From the NCBI GenBank assembly GCA_040954595.2, contig CM082593.2:1-64000 (forward strand): a DNA stretch of 64,000 nt, written 5' to 3'. The translations under genes were made by a program, and so were the position numbers. The notes under the pieces were generated by a model. It had not been told where the DNA came from and did not search any database. It was given only the letters and a program-made list of their open reading frames with translations. The stretch comes from Balanoglossus misakiensis. Its lineage: Eukaryota > Animalia > Hemichordata. Positions 12,201-24,500 of this stretch are shown here, piece after piece. The first letter of the stretch is position 1. Every line of letters starts with the position of its first letter.

Positions 12201-15200
12201 TCTGGGCCAAGTTGCCGGCGACTTCCGGTGGTAACGGCGTGGTGAAACTAGGCCAAGTTGCCGGCGACTTCCTGTCGTAACCGCGCGGTGAATCTGGGCA
12301 AAATTGCCGGCAACTTTCGGTCATAACGGCGCGGTGAATCTGGGCCAAGTTGCCGGCGACTTCCGGTCGTAATGGCGTGGTGAATCTGGGCCAAGTTGCC
12401 GGCGACTTCCTGTGGTAACGGCGCGGTGAATCTGGGCCAAGTTGATGGCGACTTCCTGTGAATCCGGGCCAAGTTGCGGCGACTTCCGGTCGTAACGGCG
12501 CGGTGAATCTGGGCCAAGTTGCCGGCGATTTCCTGTGGTAACGGCGCGGTGAATCTGGGCCAAGTTGATGGTGACTTCCTGTGAATCCGGGCCAAGTTGC
12601 CGGCGACTTCCTGTCGTAACGCCGCGGTGAATCTGGGCCAAGTTGCCGGCGACTTCCGGTCGTAATGGCGTGGTGAATCTGGGCCAAGTTGCCGGCGACT
12701 TCCTGTGGTAAAGGCGGGGTGAATCTGGGCCAAGTTGATGGCGACTTCCTGTGAATCCGGGCAAAGTTGCGGCGACTTCCGGTCGTAACGGCGCGGTGAA
12801 TCTGGGCCAAGTTGCCGGCGATTTCCTGTGGTAACGGCGCGGTGAATCTGGGCCAAGTTGATGGTGACTTCCTGTGAATCCGGGCCAAGTTGCCGGCGCC
12901 TTCCGGTGGTATCGGCGCGGTGAAACTAGGCCAAGTTGCCGGCGACTTCCTGTCGTAACGGCGCGGTGAATCTGGGCAAAGTTGCCGGCGACTTCCCGTC
13001 GTAACGGCGCGGTGAATCTGGGCCAAGTTGCCGTCGACTTCCGGTGGTAACGGCGCGGTGAATCCGGGCCAAGTTGCGGCGACTTCCGGTCGTAACGGCG
13101 CGGTGAATCCGGGCGAAGTTTCTGGCGACTTTCGGTCATAACGGCGCGGTGAATCTGGGCCAAGTTGCCGGCGACTTCCGGTCGTAATGGCGTGGTGAAT
13201 CTGGGCCAAGTTGCCGGCGACTTCCGGTGGTAACGGCGCGGTGAAACTAAGCCAAGTTGCCGGCGACTTCCTGTCGTAACGGCGCGGTGAATCTGGGCCA
13301 AGTTGCCGGCGACTTCCGGTCGTAACGGCACGGTGAATCCGGGCCAAGTTGCCGGCGACTTCCGGTGGTAACGGCGCGGTGAATCTGGGCCAAGTTGCCG
13401 GCGACTTCCTGTGAATCCGGGCCAAGTTACGGCGACTTCCGGTCGTAACGGCGCGGTGAATCTGGGCAAAGTTGCCGGCGACTTCCGGTCGTAACGGCGC
13501 GGTGAATCCGGGCCAAGTTGATGGCGACTTCCTGTGAATCCGGGCCAAGTTGCCGGCGACTTCCGGTGGTAACGGCGCGGTGAAACTGGGCCAAGTTCCC
13601 GGCAACTTCCTGTCTTAACGGCGCGGTGAATCTGGGCAAAGTTGCCGGCGACTTCCGGTCGTAACGGCGCGGTGAATCCGGGCCTAGTTGCCGGCGACTT
13701 CCGGTGGTAACGGCGCGGTGAATCTGGGCCAAGTTGCCGGCGATTTCCTGTGGTAACGGCGCGGTGAATCTGGGCCAAGTTGATGGCGACTTCCTGTGAA
13801 TCCGGGCCAAGTTGCCGGCGACTTCCGGTGGTAACGGCGCGGTGAAACTGGGCCATGTTGCCGGCGACTTCCTGTGAATCCGGGCCAAGTTGCGGCGACT
13901 TCCGGTCGCAACGGCGCTGTGAATCTAGGCCAAGTTGCCGGCAACTTCCTGTGGTAACGGCGCGGTGAATCCGGGCCAAGTTGCGGCGACTTCCGGTCGT
14001 AACGGCGCGGTGAATCCAGGCCAAGTTGCCGGCGACTTCCGGTCGTAACGGCGCGGTGAAACTGGGCCAAGTTGCCGTTGATTTCCTGTGGTAACGGCGC
14101 GGTGAATCTGGGCCAAGTTGATGGTGACTTCCTGTGAATCCGGGCCAAGTTGCCGGCGCCTTCCGGTGGTATCGGCGCGGTGAAACTAGGCCAAGTTGCC
14201 GGCGACTTCCTGTCGTAACGGCGCGGTGAATCTGGGCAAAGTTGCCGGCGACTTCCCGTCGTAACGGCGCGGTGAATCTGGGCCAAGTTGCCGTCGACTT
14301 CCGGTGGTAACGGCGCGGTGAATCCGGGCCAAGTTGCGGCGACTTCCGGTCGTAACGGCGCGGTGAATCCGGGCGAAGTTTCTGGCGACTTTCGGTCATA
14401 ACGGCGCGGTGAATCTGGGCCAAGTTGCCGGCGACTTCCGGTCGTAATGGCGTGGTGAATCTGGGCCAAGTTGCCGGCGACTTCCGGTGGTAACGGCGCG
14501 GTGAAACTAAGCCAAGTTGCCGGCGACTTCCTGTCGTAACGGCGCGGTGAATCTGGGCCAAGTTGCCGGCGACTTCCGGTCGTAACGGCACGGTGAATCC
14601 GGGCCAAGTTGCCGGCGACTTCCGGTGGTAACGGCGCGGTGAATCTGGGCCAAGTTGCCGGCGACTTCCTGTGAATCCGGGCCAAGTTACGGCGACTTCC
14701 GGTCGTAACGGCGCGGTGAATCTGGGCAAAGTTGCCGGCGACTTCCGGTCGTAACGGCGCGGTGAATCCGGGCCAAGTTGATGGCGACTTCCTGTGAATC
14801 CGGGCCAAGTTGCCGGCGACTTCCGGTGGTAACGGCGCGGTGAAACTGGGCCTAGTTGCCGGCGACTTCCGGTGGTAACGGCGCGGTGAATCTGGGCCAA
14901 GTTGCCGGCGATTTCCTGTGGTAACGGCGCGGTGAATCTGGGCCAAGTTGATGGCGACTTCCTGTGAATCCGGGCCAAGTTGCCGGCGACTTCCGGTGGT
15001 AACGGCGCGGTGAAACTGGGCCATGTTGCCGGCGACTTCCTGTGAATCCGGGCCAAGTTGCGGCGACTTCCGGTCGTAACGGCGCTGTGAATCTAGGCCA
15101 AGTTGCCGGCAACTTCCTGTGGTAACGGCGCGGTGAATCCGGGCCAAGTTGCGGCGACTTCCGGTCGTAACGGCGCGGTGAATCCAGGCCAAGTTGCCGG

Positions 15201-18200
15201 CGACTTCCGGTCGTAACGGCGCGGTGAAACTGGGCCAAGTTGCCGTTGATTTCCTGTGGTAACGGCGCGGTGAATCTGGGCCAAGTTGATGGCGACTTCC
15301 TGTGAATCCGGGCCAAGTTGCCGGCGACTTCCGGTGGTAACGGCGCGGTGAAACTGAGCCAAGTTGCCGGCGACTTCCTGTCGTAACGGCGCGGTGAATC
15401 TGGGCAAAATTGCCGGCGACTTCCGGTCGTAACGGCGCGGTGAATCCGGGCCAAGTTGATGGCGACTTCCTGTGAATCCGGGCCAAGTTGCCGGCGACTT
15501 CCTGTCGTAACGGCGCGGTGAATCTGGGCAAAGTTGCCCGCGACTTCCGGTCGTAACGGCGCGGTGAATCCGGGCCAAGTTGCCGGCGACTTCCGGTGGT
15601 AACGGCGCGGTGAATCTGGGCCAAGTTGCCGGCGACGTCCTGTGAATCCGGGCCAAGTTACGGCGACTTCCGGTCGTAACGGCGCGGTGAATCTGGGCAA
15701 AGTTGCCGGCGACTTCCGGTCGTAACGGCGCGGTGAATCCGGGCCAAGTTGATGGCGACTTCCTGTGAATCCGGGCCAAGTTGCCGGCGACTTCCGGTGG
15801 TAACGGCGCGGTGAAACTGGGCCAAGTTCCCGGCGACTTCCTGTCTTAACGGCGCGGTGAATCTGGGCAAAGTTGCCGGCGACTTCCGGTCGTAACGGCG
15901 CGGTGAATCCGGGCCTAGTTGCCGGCGACTTCCGGTGGTAACGGCGCGGTGAATCTGGGCCAAGTTGCCGGCGACTTCCTGTCGTAACGGCGCGGTGAAT
16001 CTGGGCCAAGTTGCCGGCGATTTCCTGTGGTAACGGCGCGGTGAATTTGGGCCAAGTTGATGGCGACTTCCTGTGAATCCGGGCCTAGTTGCCGGCGACT
16101 TCCGGTGGTAACGGCACGGTGAAACTGGGCCAAGTTGCCGGCGACTTACTGTCGTAACGGCGCGGTGAATCTGGGCAAAGTTGCCGGCGACTTCCGGTCG
16201 TAACGGCGCGGTGAATCCGGGCCAAGTTGCCGGCGATTTCCGGTCGTAACGGCGCGGTGAATCCGGGCCAAGTTGATGGCGACTTCCTGTGAATCCGGGC
16301 CAAGTTTCCGGCGACTTCCGGTGGTAACGGCGCGGTGAAACTGGGCCAAGTTGCCGGCGACTTCCTGTCGTAACGGCGCGGTGAATCTGGGCAAAGTTGC
16401 CGGCGACTTCCGGTCGTAACGGCGCGGTGAATCCGGGCCAAGTTGATGGCGACTTCCTGTGAATCCGGGCCAAGTTGCCGGCGACTTCCGGTCGTAACGG
16501 CGCGGTGAATCCGGGCCAAGTTGATGGCGACTTCCTGTGAATCCGGGCCAAGTTGCCGGCGACTTCCTGTCGTAACGGCGCGGTGAATCTGGGCAAAGTT
16601 GCCGGCGACTTCCGGTCGTAACGGCGCGGTGAATCCGGGCCAAGTTGCCGGAGACTTCCTGTGAATCCGGGCCAAGTTGCCAGCGACTTCCGGTGGTAAC
16701 GGCGCGGTGAAACTGGGCCAAGTTGCCGGCGACTTCCTGTCGTAACGGCGCGGTGAATCTGGGCAAAGTTGCCGGCGACTTCCGGTCGTAACGGCACGGT
16801 GAATCCGGGCCAAGTTGCCGGCGACTTCCGGTGGTAATGGCGCGGTGAATCTGGGCCAAGTTGCCGGAGACTTCCTGTGAATCCGGGCCAAGTTGCCAGC
16901 GACTTCCGGTGGTAACGGCGCGGTGAATCTGGGCCAAGTTGCCGGCGACTTCCTGTCGTAACGGCGCGGTGAATCTGGGCCAAGTTGCCGGCGATTTCCT
17001 GTGGTAACGGCGCGGTGAATCTGGGCCAAGTTGATGGCGACTTCCTGTGAATCCGGGCCAAGTTGCCGGCGACTTCCGGTGGTAACGGCGCGGTGAAACT
17101 GGGCCAAGTTGCCGGCGACTTCCTGTGAATCCGGGCCAAGTTGCGGCGACTTCCGGTCGTAACGGCGCGGTGAATGTAGGCCAAGTTGCCGGCGACTTCC
17201 TGTGGTAACGGCGCGGTGAATCCGGGCCAAGTTGCCGCGACTTCCGGTCGTAACGGCGCGGTGAATCCAGGCCAAGTTGCCGGCGACTTCCGGTCGTAAC
17301 GGCGCGGTGAAACTGGGCCAAGTTGCCGTTGATTTCCTGTGGTAACGGTGCGGTGAATCTGGGCCAAGTTGATGGCGACTTCCTGTGAATCCGGGCCAAG
17401 TTGCCGGCGACTTCCGGTGGTAACGGCGCGGTGAAACTGCGCCAAGTTGCCGGCGACTTCCTGTCGTAACGGCGCGGTGAATCTGGGCAAAGTTGCCGGC
17501 GACTTCCGGTCGTAACGGCGCGGTGAATCCGGGCCAAGTGGATGGCGACTTCCTGTGAATCCGGGCCAAGTTGCCGGCGACTTCCTGTCGTAACGGCGCG
17601 GTGAATCTGGGCAAAGTTGCCCGCGACTTCCGGTGGTAACGGCGCGGTGAATCCGGGCCAAGTTGCCGGCGACTTCCGGTGGTAACGGCGCGGTGAATCT
17701 GGGCCAAGTTGCCGGCGACTTCCTGTGAATCCGGGCCAAGTTACGGCGACTTCCGGTCGTAACGGCGCGGTGAATCTGGGCAAAGTTGCCGGCGACTTCC
17801 GGTCGTAACGGCGCGGTGAATCCGGGCCAAGTTGATGGCGACTTCCTGTGAATCCGGGCCAAGTTGCCGGCGACTTCCGGTAGTAACGGCGCGGTGAAAC
17901 TGGGCCAAGTTCCCGGCGACTTCCTGTCGTAACGGCGCGGTGAATCTGGGCAAAGTTTCCGGCGACTTCCGGTCGTAACGGCGCGGTGAATCTGGGCCAA
18001 GTTGCCGGCGATTTCCTGTGGTAACGGCGCGGTGAATCTGGGCCAAGTTGATGGCGACTTCCTGTGAATCCGGGCCAAGTTGCCGGCGACTTCCGGTGGT
18101 AACGGCGCGGTGAAACTGGGCCAAGTTGCCGGCGACTTCCTGTGAATCCGGGCCAAGTTGCGGCGACTTCCGGTCGTAACGGCGCGGTGAATGTAGGCCA

Positions 18201-19594
18201 AGTTGCCGGCGACTTCCTGTGGTAACGGCGCGGTGAATCCGGGCCAAGTTGCCGCGACTTCCGGTCGTAACGGCGCGGTGAATCCAGGCCAAGTTGCCGG
18301 CGACTTCCGGTCGTAACGGCGCGGTGAAACTGGGCCAAGTTGCCGTTGATTTCCTGTGGTAACGGTGCGGTGAATCTGGGCCGAGTTGATGGCGACTTCC
18401 TGTGAATCCGGGCCAAGTTGCCGGCGACTTCCGGTGGTAACGGCGCGGTGAAACTGCGCCAAGTTGCCGGCGACTTCCTGTCGTAACGGCGCGGTGAATC
18501 TGGGCAAAGTTGCCGGCGACTTCCGGTCGTAACGGCGCGGTGAATCCGGGCCAAGTGGATGGCGACTTCCTGTGAATCCGGGCCAAGTTGCCGGCGACTT
18601 CCTGTCGTAACGGCGCGGTGAATCTGGGCAAAGTTGCCCGCGACTTCCGGTGGTAACGGCGCGGTGAATCCGGGCCAAGTTGCCGGCGACTTCCGGTGGT
18701 AACGGCGCGGTGAATCTGGGCCAAGTTGCCGGCGACTTCCTGTGAATCCGGGCCAAGTTACGGCGACTTCCGGTCGTAACGGCGCGGTGAATCTGGGCAA
18801 AGTTGCCGGCGACTTCCGGTCGTAACGGCGCGGTGAATCCGGGCCAAGTTGATGGCGACTTCCTGTGAATCCGGGCCAAGTTGCCGGCGACTTCCGGTAG
18901 TAACGGCGCGGTGAAACTGGGCCAAGTTCCCGGCGACTTCCTGTCGTAACGGCGCGGTGAATCTGGGCAAAGTTTCCGGCGACTTCCGGTCGTAACGGCG
19001 CGGTGAATCCGGGCCAAGTTGCCGGCGACTTCCGGTGGTAACGGCGCGGTGAATATGGGCCAAGTTGCCGGCGACTTCCTGTCGTAACGGCGCGGTGAAT
19101 CTGGGCCAAGTTGCCGGCGATTTCCGGTGGTAATGGCGCGGTCAATCTGGGCCAAGTTAATGGCGACTTCCTGTGAATCCGGGCCAAGTTGCCGGCGACT
19201 TCCGGTGGTAACGGCACGGTGAAACTGGGCCAAGTTGCCGGCGACTTCCTGTCGTAACGGCGCGGTGAATCTGGGCAAAGTTGCCGGCGACTTCCGGTCG
19301 TCACGGCGCGGTGAATCCGGGCCAAGTTGCCGGCGACTTCCGGTCGTAACGGCGCGGTGAATCCGGGCCAAGTTGATGGCGACTTCCTGTGAATCCGGGC
19401 CAAGTTTCCGGCGACTTCCGGTGGTAACGGCGCGGTGAAACTGGGCCAAGTTGCCGGCGACTTCCTGTCGTAACGGCGCGGTGAATCTGGGCAAAGTTGC
19501 CGGCGACTTCCGGTCGTAACGGCGGGGTGAATCCGGGCCAAGTTGCCGGCGACTGCCGGTGGTAACGGCGCGGTGAATCTGGGCCAAGTTGATG
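6224..19594. repeat. CpG-rich mosaic satellite of 46-bp (GCCAAGTTGCCGGCGACTTCCGGTGGTAACGGCGCGGTGAATCTGG), 45-bp and 32-bp (GCCAAGTTGATGGCGACTTCCTGTGAATCCGG) monomers, roughly 300 units, with higher-order duplications
   Basis: Units read directly. The 32-mer is the 46-mer minus 14 bp between two GTG microhomologies. Variant blocks recur at offsets of 1260 bp (12841 vs 14101) and 1017 bp (17741 vs 18758). Confidence 0.97.
7627..7676 (+). repeat. Perfect interstitial telomeric tract (GGGTTA)8 within a satellite monomer
   Basis: The sequence reads ttcctg-(gggtta)x8-ggcgcggtgaatcc, where a normal monomer reads ttcctg-tggtaac-ggcgcggtgaatc. Confidence 0.97.
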
Positions 19595-19892
19595 GGAGCA
19601 GACTGGAGGGGGACTGGAGCAGACTTGAGGGGGACTGGAGCAGACTGGAGGGGGACTGGAGCATGCTGGACGGGGACTGGAGCAGACTGGAGGGGGACTG
19701 GAGCAGACTGGAGGGGGACTGGAGCAGACTGGAGGGGGACTGGAGCATGCTGGAGGGGGACTGGAGCAGACTGGAGGGGGACTGGAGCAGACTGGAGGGG
19801 GACTGGAGCAGACTGGAGGGGGACTGGAGCATGCTGGAGGGGGACTGGAGCAGACTGGAGGGGGACTGGAGCAGACTGGAGGGGGACTGGAG
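19595..19892. repeat. 21-bp minisatellite GGAGCAGACTGGAGGGGGACT x14 with an 84-bp higher-order period
   Basis: Every fourth unit has CATGCTGG instead of CAGACTGG, seen as SRL,SRL,SRL,SML in the ORF track. Confidence 0.95.
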
Positions 19893-20692
19893 TAACGGGG
19901 CAGGGTTGGGGTCAAGTGTCTGTGGCATGGTGGGGTGTAATGGGGCAGGGTTGGGGTCAAGTGTCTGCGGCAACGGCGGGGTGTAACTGGGCAGGGTTGA
20001 GGTCAAGTGTCTGAGGCAACGGCGGGAATGTAACGGGGCTGGGTTGGGGTCAAGTGCCTGCGGCAACGGCAGGATGGAATGGGGCAGGGTTGGGGTCAAG
20101 TGTCTGCGGCAACGGCGGGGTGTAACGGGGCAGGGTTGGGGTCAAATGTCTGCGGCAACGGCTCGGTGGAACGGGGCAGGGTTGGGGTCAAGTGTCTGCG
20201 GCAACGGCGCGGTGGAACGGGGCAGGGTTGGGGTAAAATGTCTGACACAACGGCGGGGTGTAACTGGGCAGGGTTGGGGTCAAGTGTCTGCGGCAACGGC
20301 GGGTTGGAACGGGGCAGGGTAGGGTCAAGTGTCTGCGCCAACGGCGGGATGTAACGGGGCAGGGTTGGGGTCAAGTGTCTGCGGCATGGCGGGGTGTAAT
20401 GGGGCAGGGTTGGGGTCAAGTGTCTGCGGCATGGCGGGGTGTAATGGGGCAGGGTTGGGGTCAAGTGTCTGCGGCAACGGCGGGGTGTAACTGGGCAGGG
20501 TTGGGGTCAAGTGTCTGAGGCAATGGCGGGGTGTAACGGGGCAGGGTTGGGGTCAAGTGTCTGCGCCATGGCGGGGTGGAACGGGGCAGGGTTGGGGTCA
20601 AGTGTCTGCCGAAACGGCGGGGTGGAATGGGGCAGGGTTGGGGTCAAGTGTCTGCCGCAACGGCAGGGTGGAACGGGTCAGGGTTGGGGTCA
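19893..20692. repeat. G-rich 45/46-bp minisatellite GGGGCAGGGTTGGGGTCAAGTGTCTGCGGCAACGGCGGGGTGTAAC, ~17 copies, more diverged than the upstream arrays
   Basis: Unit read directly; four G-runs per unit. Confidence 0.93.
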
Positions 20693-20696
20693 TAAA

Positions 20697-21560
20697 TGCA
20701 TACATAGAGGACATTTCTGTACCCATACATTTCAAATTTATTAATTTTCCTGACCTTCACTATCAGGTTTTGGGAATGACAGGTAATTGAAATTGAATTA
20801 AAATACAATACGTAAACATATTTTCATCTGTGAACTTTTAACTGGTGAACAAATTGGAGCCCATTATTAAAAAGAGTTTCCCTGAGCCTGTTTATACCAT
20901 ACCAGCCTAAGTATTAGTTGTTAGGGTAAGGGTTAGGGTAAGGGTTAAGGTTAGGGTTAGAGTTAGAGTTAGGGTTAGGGTTAGGGTTAGTGTTTGAGTT
21001 GGCTGGCTGAAATGGCACAAACAATTTCAGAGATTGAATCAATTTGCTTTGACTGCAAAATTCACTGAACAAAGTTTGCTCTGTGCAAACTTGTGATTCT
21101 AAGAAACACTGTATCTATGGACATTTAGGCTACAGTTAGATAAGTAATACTGTGTCCTAATCTGAATCCTTCCTTATCATAACATATAACCAGTGGGCTC
21201 AAGGGAACATGTAAGGAAAGTCAATGTCATAATCCCCACTGGATAAATAGATTAAACAGCAACATTCTCTGTTTTTTTATCTTTTAGTGATTAATTTCGT
21301 TTGATACAGAATGATGAAGTTAAAAATCATTATTTTTAACACAGAAATCTAATGCAAGTATTCAATGTATAGTTGACAACATTCAAAGCTCAAAAAGAGA
21401 GATTGTGACACTTTAATAGAAAACTGGACAGAAGACAATCTATAAGTTTTCTCTTCATTCTCATTATAAACTCCTAAAATGCTGACTGACAATCTATGTC
21501 TTCTCTTTATCTGGCATTCAGACTTCATCTGCCAAGATGCAAGTATTTCATTGGGTTACT
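20697..21560 (+). repeat. Diverged segmental duplication, copy 1 (paralogue at ~27905-29127)
   Basis: Collinear matches, e.g. catacatagaggacatttctgtaccc vs catacatagagaacaattctgtaccc; tggctgaaatggcacaaaca in both; tatggacatttaggctacagtt in both; ttcattctcattataaactc in both. Confidence 0.9.
20921..20992 (+). repeat. Degenerate interstitial telomeric tract (~12 hexamers: TTAGGG with TAAGGG, TTAAGG, TTAGAG, TTAGTG variants)
   Basis: Read directly at 20921-20992. Confidence 0.9.
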
Positions 21561-24500
21561 GGTAGACCAAGTCCTTGTCCATTTCTACTATCATCATCAT
21601 TTGGAAAATCACCAGTCTTCACACTTCAGCTTCAGCTAAGAAAGAAAGAGAAAAAATAGATTCGCGTTTAATGAATGAAGTGGGGACACGTTTTATAGAA
21701 TTGATTCATTCAGCTTAAGTTAAATTTGGATGTGTTCCAATACTACACGCACTCGTATAATAATGATTACAAACCTTTACATTTTCTTCATTTGAAAACC
21801 AGATATGGTCATCTGCCATCATGCAAATAGTTTATGGGGTGAGTGCAAGACCAAGTCCTTGTCCACTTCTAACAATGGCAACATTCAGATACACAACATC
21901 AGCCTGCACTCTTCGCCATATTCTAACAAAAGTACAGAAAAATGTTATCAATGATTAATGAACAAATTGGCGAAAGATTGTATAAATTGATTCAATTAGT
22001 TAAATTTGGATTTGTTCCAAAACTATATACAATCTTAAAATGTTGATTGCAAACCTGTATGTTTTCTTTATTTGACATCCAAATATCTTCATCTGCCATC
22101 ATGCAGAGTTTTTTGGGTGAAAGCAAGACCAAGTCCTTGTCCACTTCTAACAATGAAAACATCCAGATACACAACATCAGCCTGCACTCTTCGCCATATT
22201 CTAACAAAAGAACAGAAAAATGTTATCCATGATTAATGATCAAATAGGCGAAAGATTGTATAAATTGATTCAATGAGTTAAGTTTGGATTTGTTCCAAAA
22301 CTATATACAATCTTAAAATGTTGATTGCAAACCTGTATGTTTTCTTTATTTGACATCCAAATATCTTCATCTGCCATCATGCAAGTAGTTTATTGGGTGA
22401 CTGGAAGACCATGTCCATGTCCACTTCTACCAATGGCAACATTCAGATACACAACATCAGCCTGCACTCTTCGCCATATTCTAACAAAACAACAGAAACA
22501 AAAATTATTCATGATCAATAAAAAAAGTGGTGACATATTTTATAAAATTGATTCAATGAGTTAAGTTTGGATTTGTTCCAACACTATATACACTCATAAA
22601 ATGTTGACTGCAAACCTGTATGTGTTCATTATTTGACATCCAAATATCTTCATCTGCCATCATGCAAGTAGTTTATTGGGTGACTGGGAAACCATGTCCT
22701 TGTCCACTTCTACCATTGGCAACATTCAGATACACAACATCACCCTGCAGTCTTCGCAATATTCTAACAAAACAACAGAAAAAAAAATTATTCATGATCA
22801 ATGAACAAAGTGGTGACATATTTTATAAAATTGATTCAATGAGTTAAGTTTGGATTTGTTCCAACACTATATACACTCTTAAAATGTTGACTGCAAACCT
22901 GTATGTGTTCTTTATTTGACATCCAAATATCTTCATCTGCCATCATGCAAGTAGTTTATTGGGTGACTGGGAAACCAAGTCCTTGTCCACTTCTACCAAT
23001 GGCAACATTCAGATACACAACATCAGCCTGCACTCTTTGCCATATTCTAACAAAACAACAGAAAAAAAAATATTCATGATCAATGAACAAAGTGGTGACA
23101 TATTTTATAAAATTGATTCAATGATTTAAGTTTGGATTTGTTCCAACACTATATACACTCTTAAAATGTTGATTGCAAACCTGTATGTTTTCTTTATTTG
23201 ACATCCAAATATCTTCATCTGCCATCATGCAGAGTTTATTGAGTGAATGCAAGACCAAGTCCTTGTCCACTACTACCAATGGCAACATTCAGATACACAT
23301 CATCAGCCTGCACTCTTCGCCATATTCTAACAAAAGAACAGAAAAATATTATCCATGATTAATGAACAAATTGGCGAAAGATTGTATAAATTGATTCGAT
23401 GGGTTAAATTTGGATTTGTTCCAATACTATATACACTCTTAAAATGTTGACTGCAAACCTGTATGTTTTCTTTATTTAACATCCAAATATCTTCATCTGC
23501 CATCATGCAGGATGTTTATTGGCTGACTGCAAGACCAAGTCCTCGTCCACTTCTACCGTTGGCACCATTTAGAAATTAAACATCAGTCTTCATGCTTGAC
23601 CTTGCTTCATCTCCCATCATGGAAGTACTTTATTGGCTGACTGGAAGACCATGTCCTTGTCCACTTCTACCATTGGCAACATTCAGATACACAACATCAC
23701 CCTGCACTCTTCGCCATATTCTAACAAAACAACAGACACAAATTATTCATGATCAATGAACAAAGTGGTGACATATTTTATAAAATTGATTCAATGAGTT
23801 AAGTTTGGATTTGTTCCAACACTATATACTCTCTTAAAATGTTGATTGCAAACCTGTATGTTTTCTTTATTTGACATCCAAATATCTTCATCTGCCATCA
23901 TGCAGAGTTTATTGGGTGAAAGCAAGACCAAGTCCTTGTCCACTTCTAACAATGAAAACATCCCGATACACAACATCAGCCTGCACTCTTCGCCATATTC
24001 TAACAAAAGAACAGAAAAATGTTATCCATGATTAATGATCAAATAGGCGAAAGATTGTATAAATTGATTCAATGAGTTAAGTTTGGATTTGTTCCAACAC
24101 TATATACAATCTTAAAATGTTGATTGCAAACCTGTATGTTTTCTTTATTTGACATCCAAATATCTTCATCTGCCATCATGCAAGTAGTTTATTGGGTGAC
24201 TGGAAGACCATGTCCATGTCCACTTCTACCAATGGCAACATTCAGATACACAACATCAGCCTGCACTCTTCGCCATATTCTAACAAAACAACAGAAACAA
24301 AAATTATTCATGATCAATAAAAAAAGTGGTGACATATTTTATAAAATTGATTCAATGAGTTAAGTTTGGATTTGTTCCAACACTATATACACTCATAAAA
24401 TGTTGACTGCAAACCTGTATGTGTTCATTATTTGACATCCAAATATCTTCATCTGCCATCATGCAAGTAGTTTATTGGGTGACTGGAAGACCATGTCCAT

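Noticed and set aside
1-19594. CRISPR-like array
   Set aside because: Head-to-tail repeats with no unique spacers, no cas genes, eukaryotic context.
54-20790. Very long ORFs (up to 1317 aa) on both strands
   Set aside because: Translations of stop-poor GC-rich satellites, open in several frames at once and frameshifted by monomer indels; no domain content.
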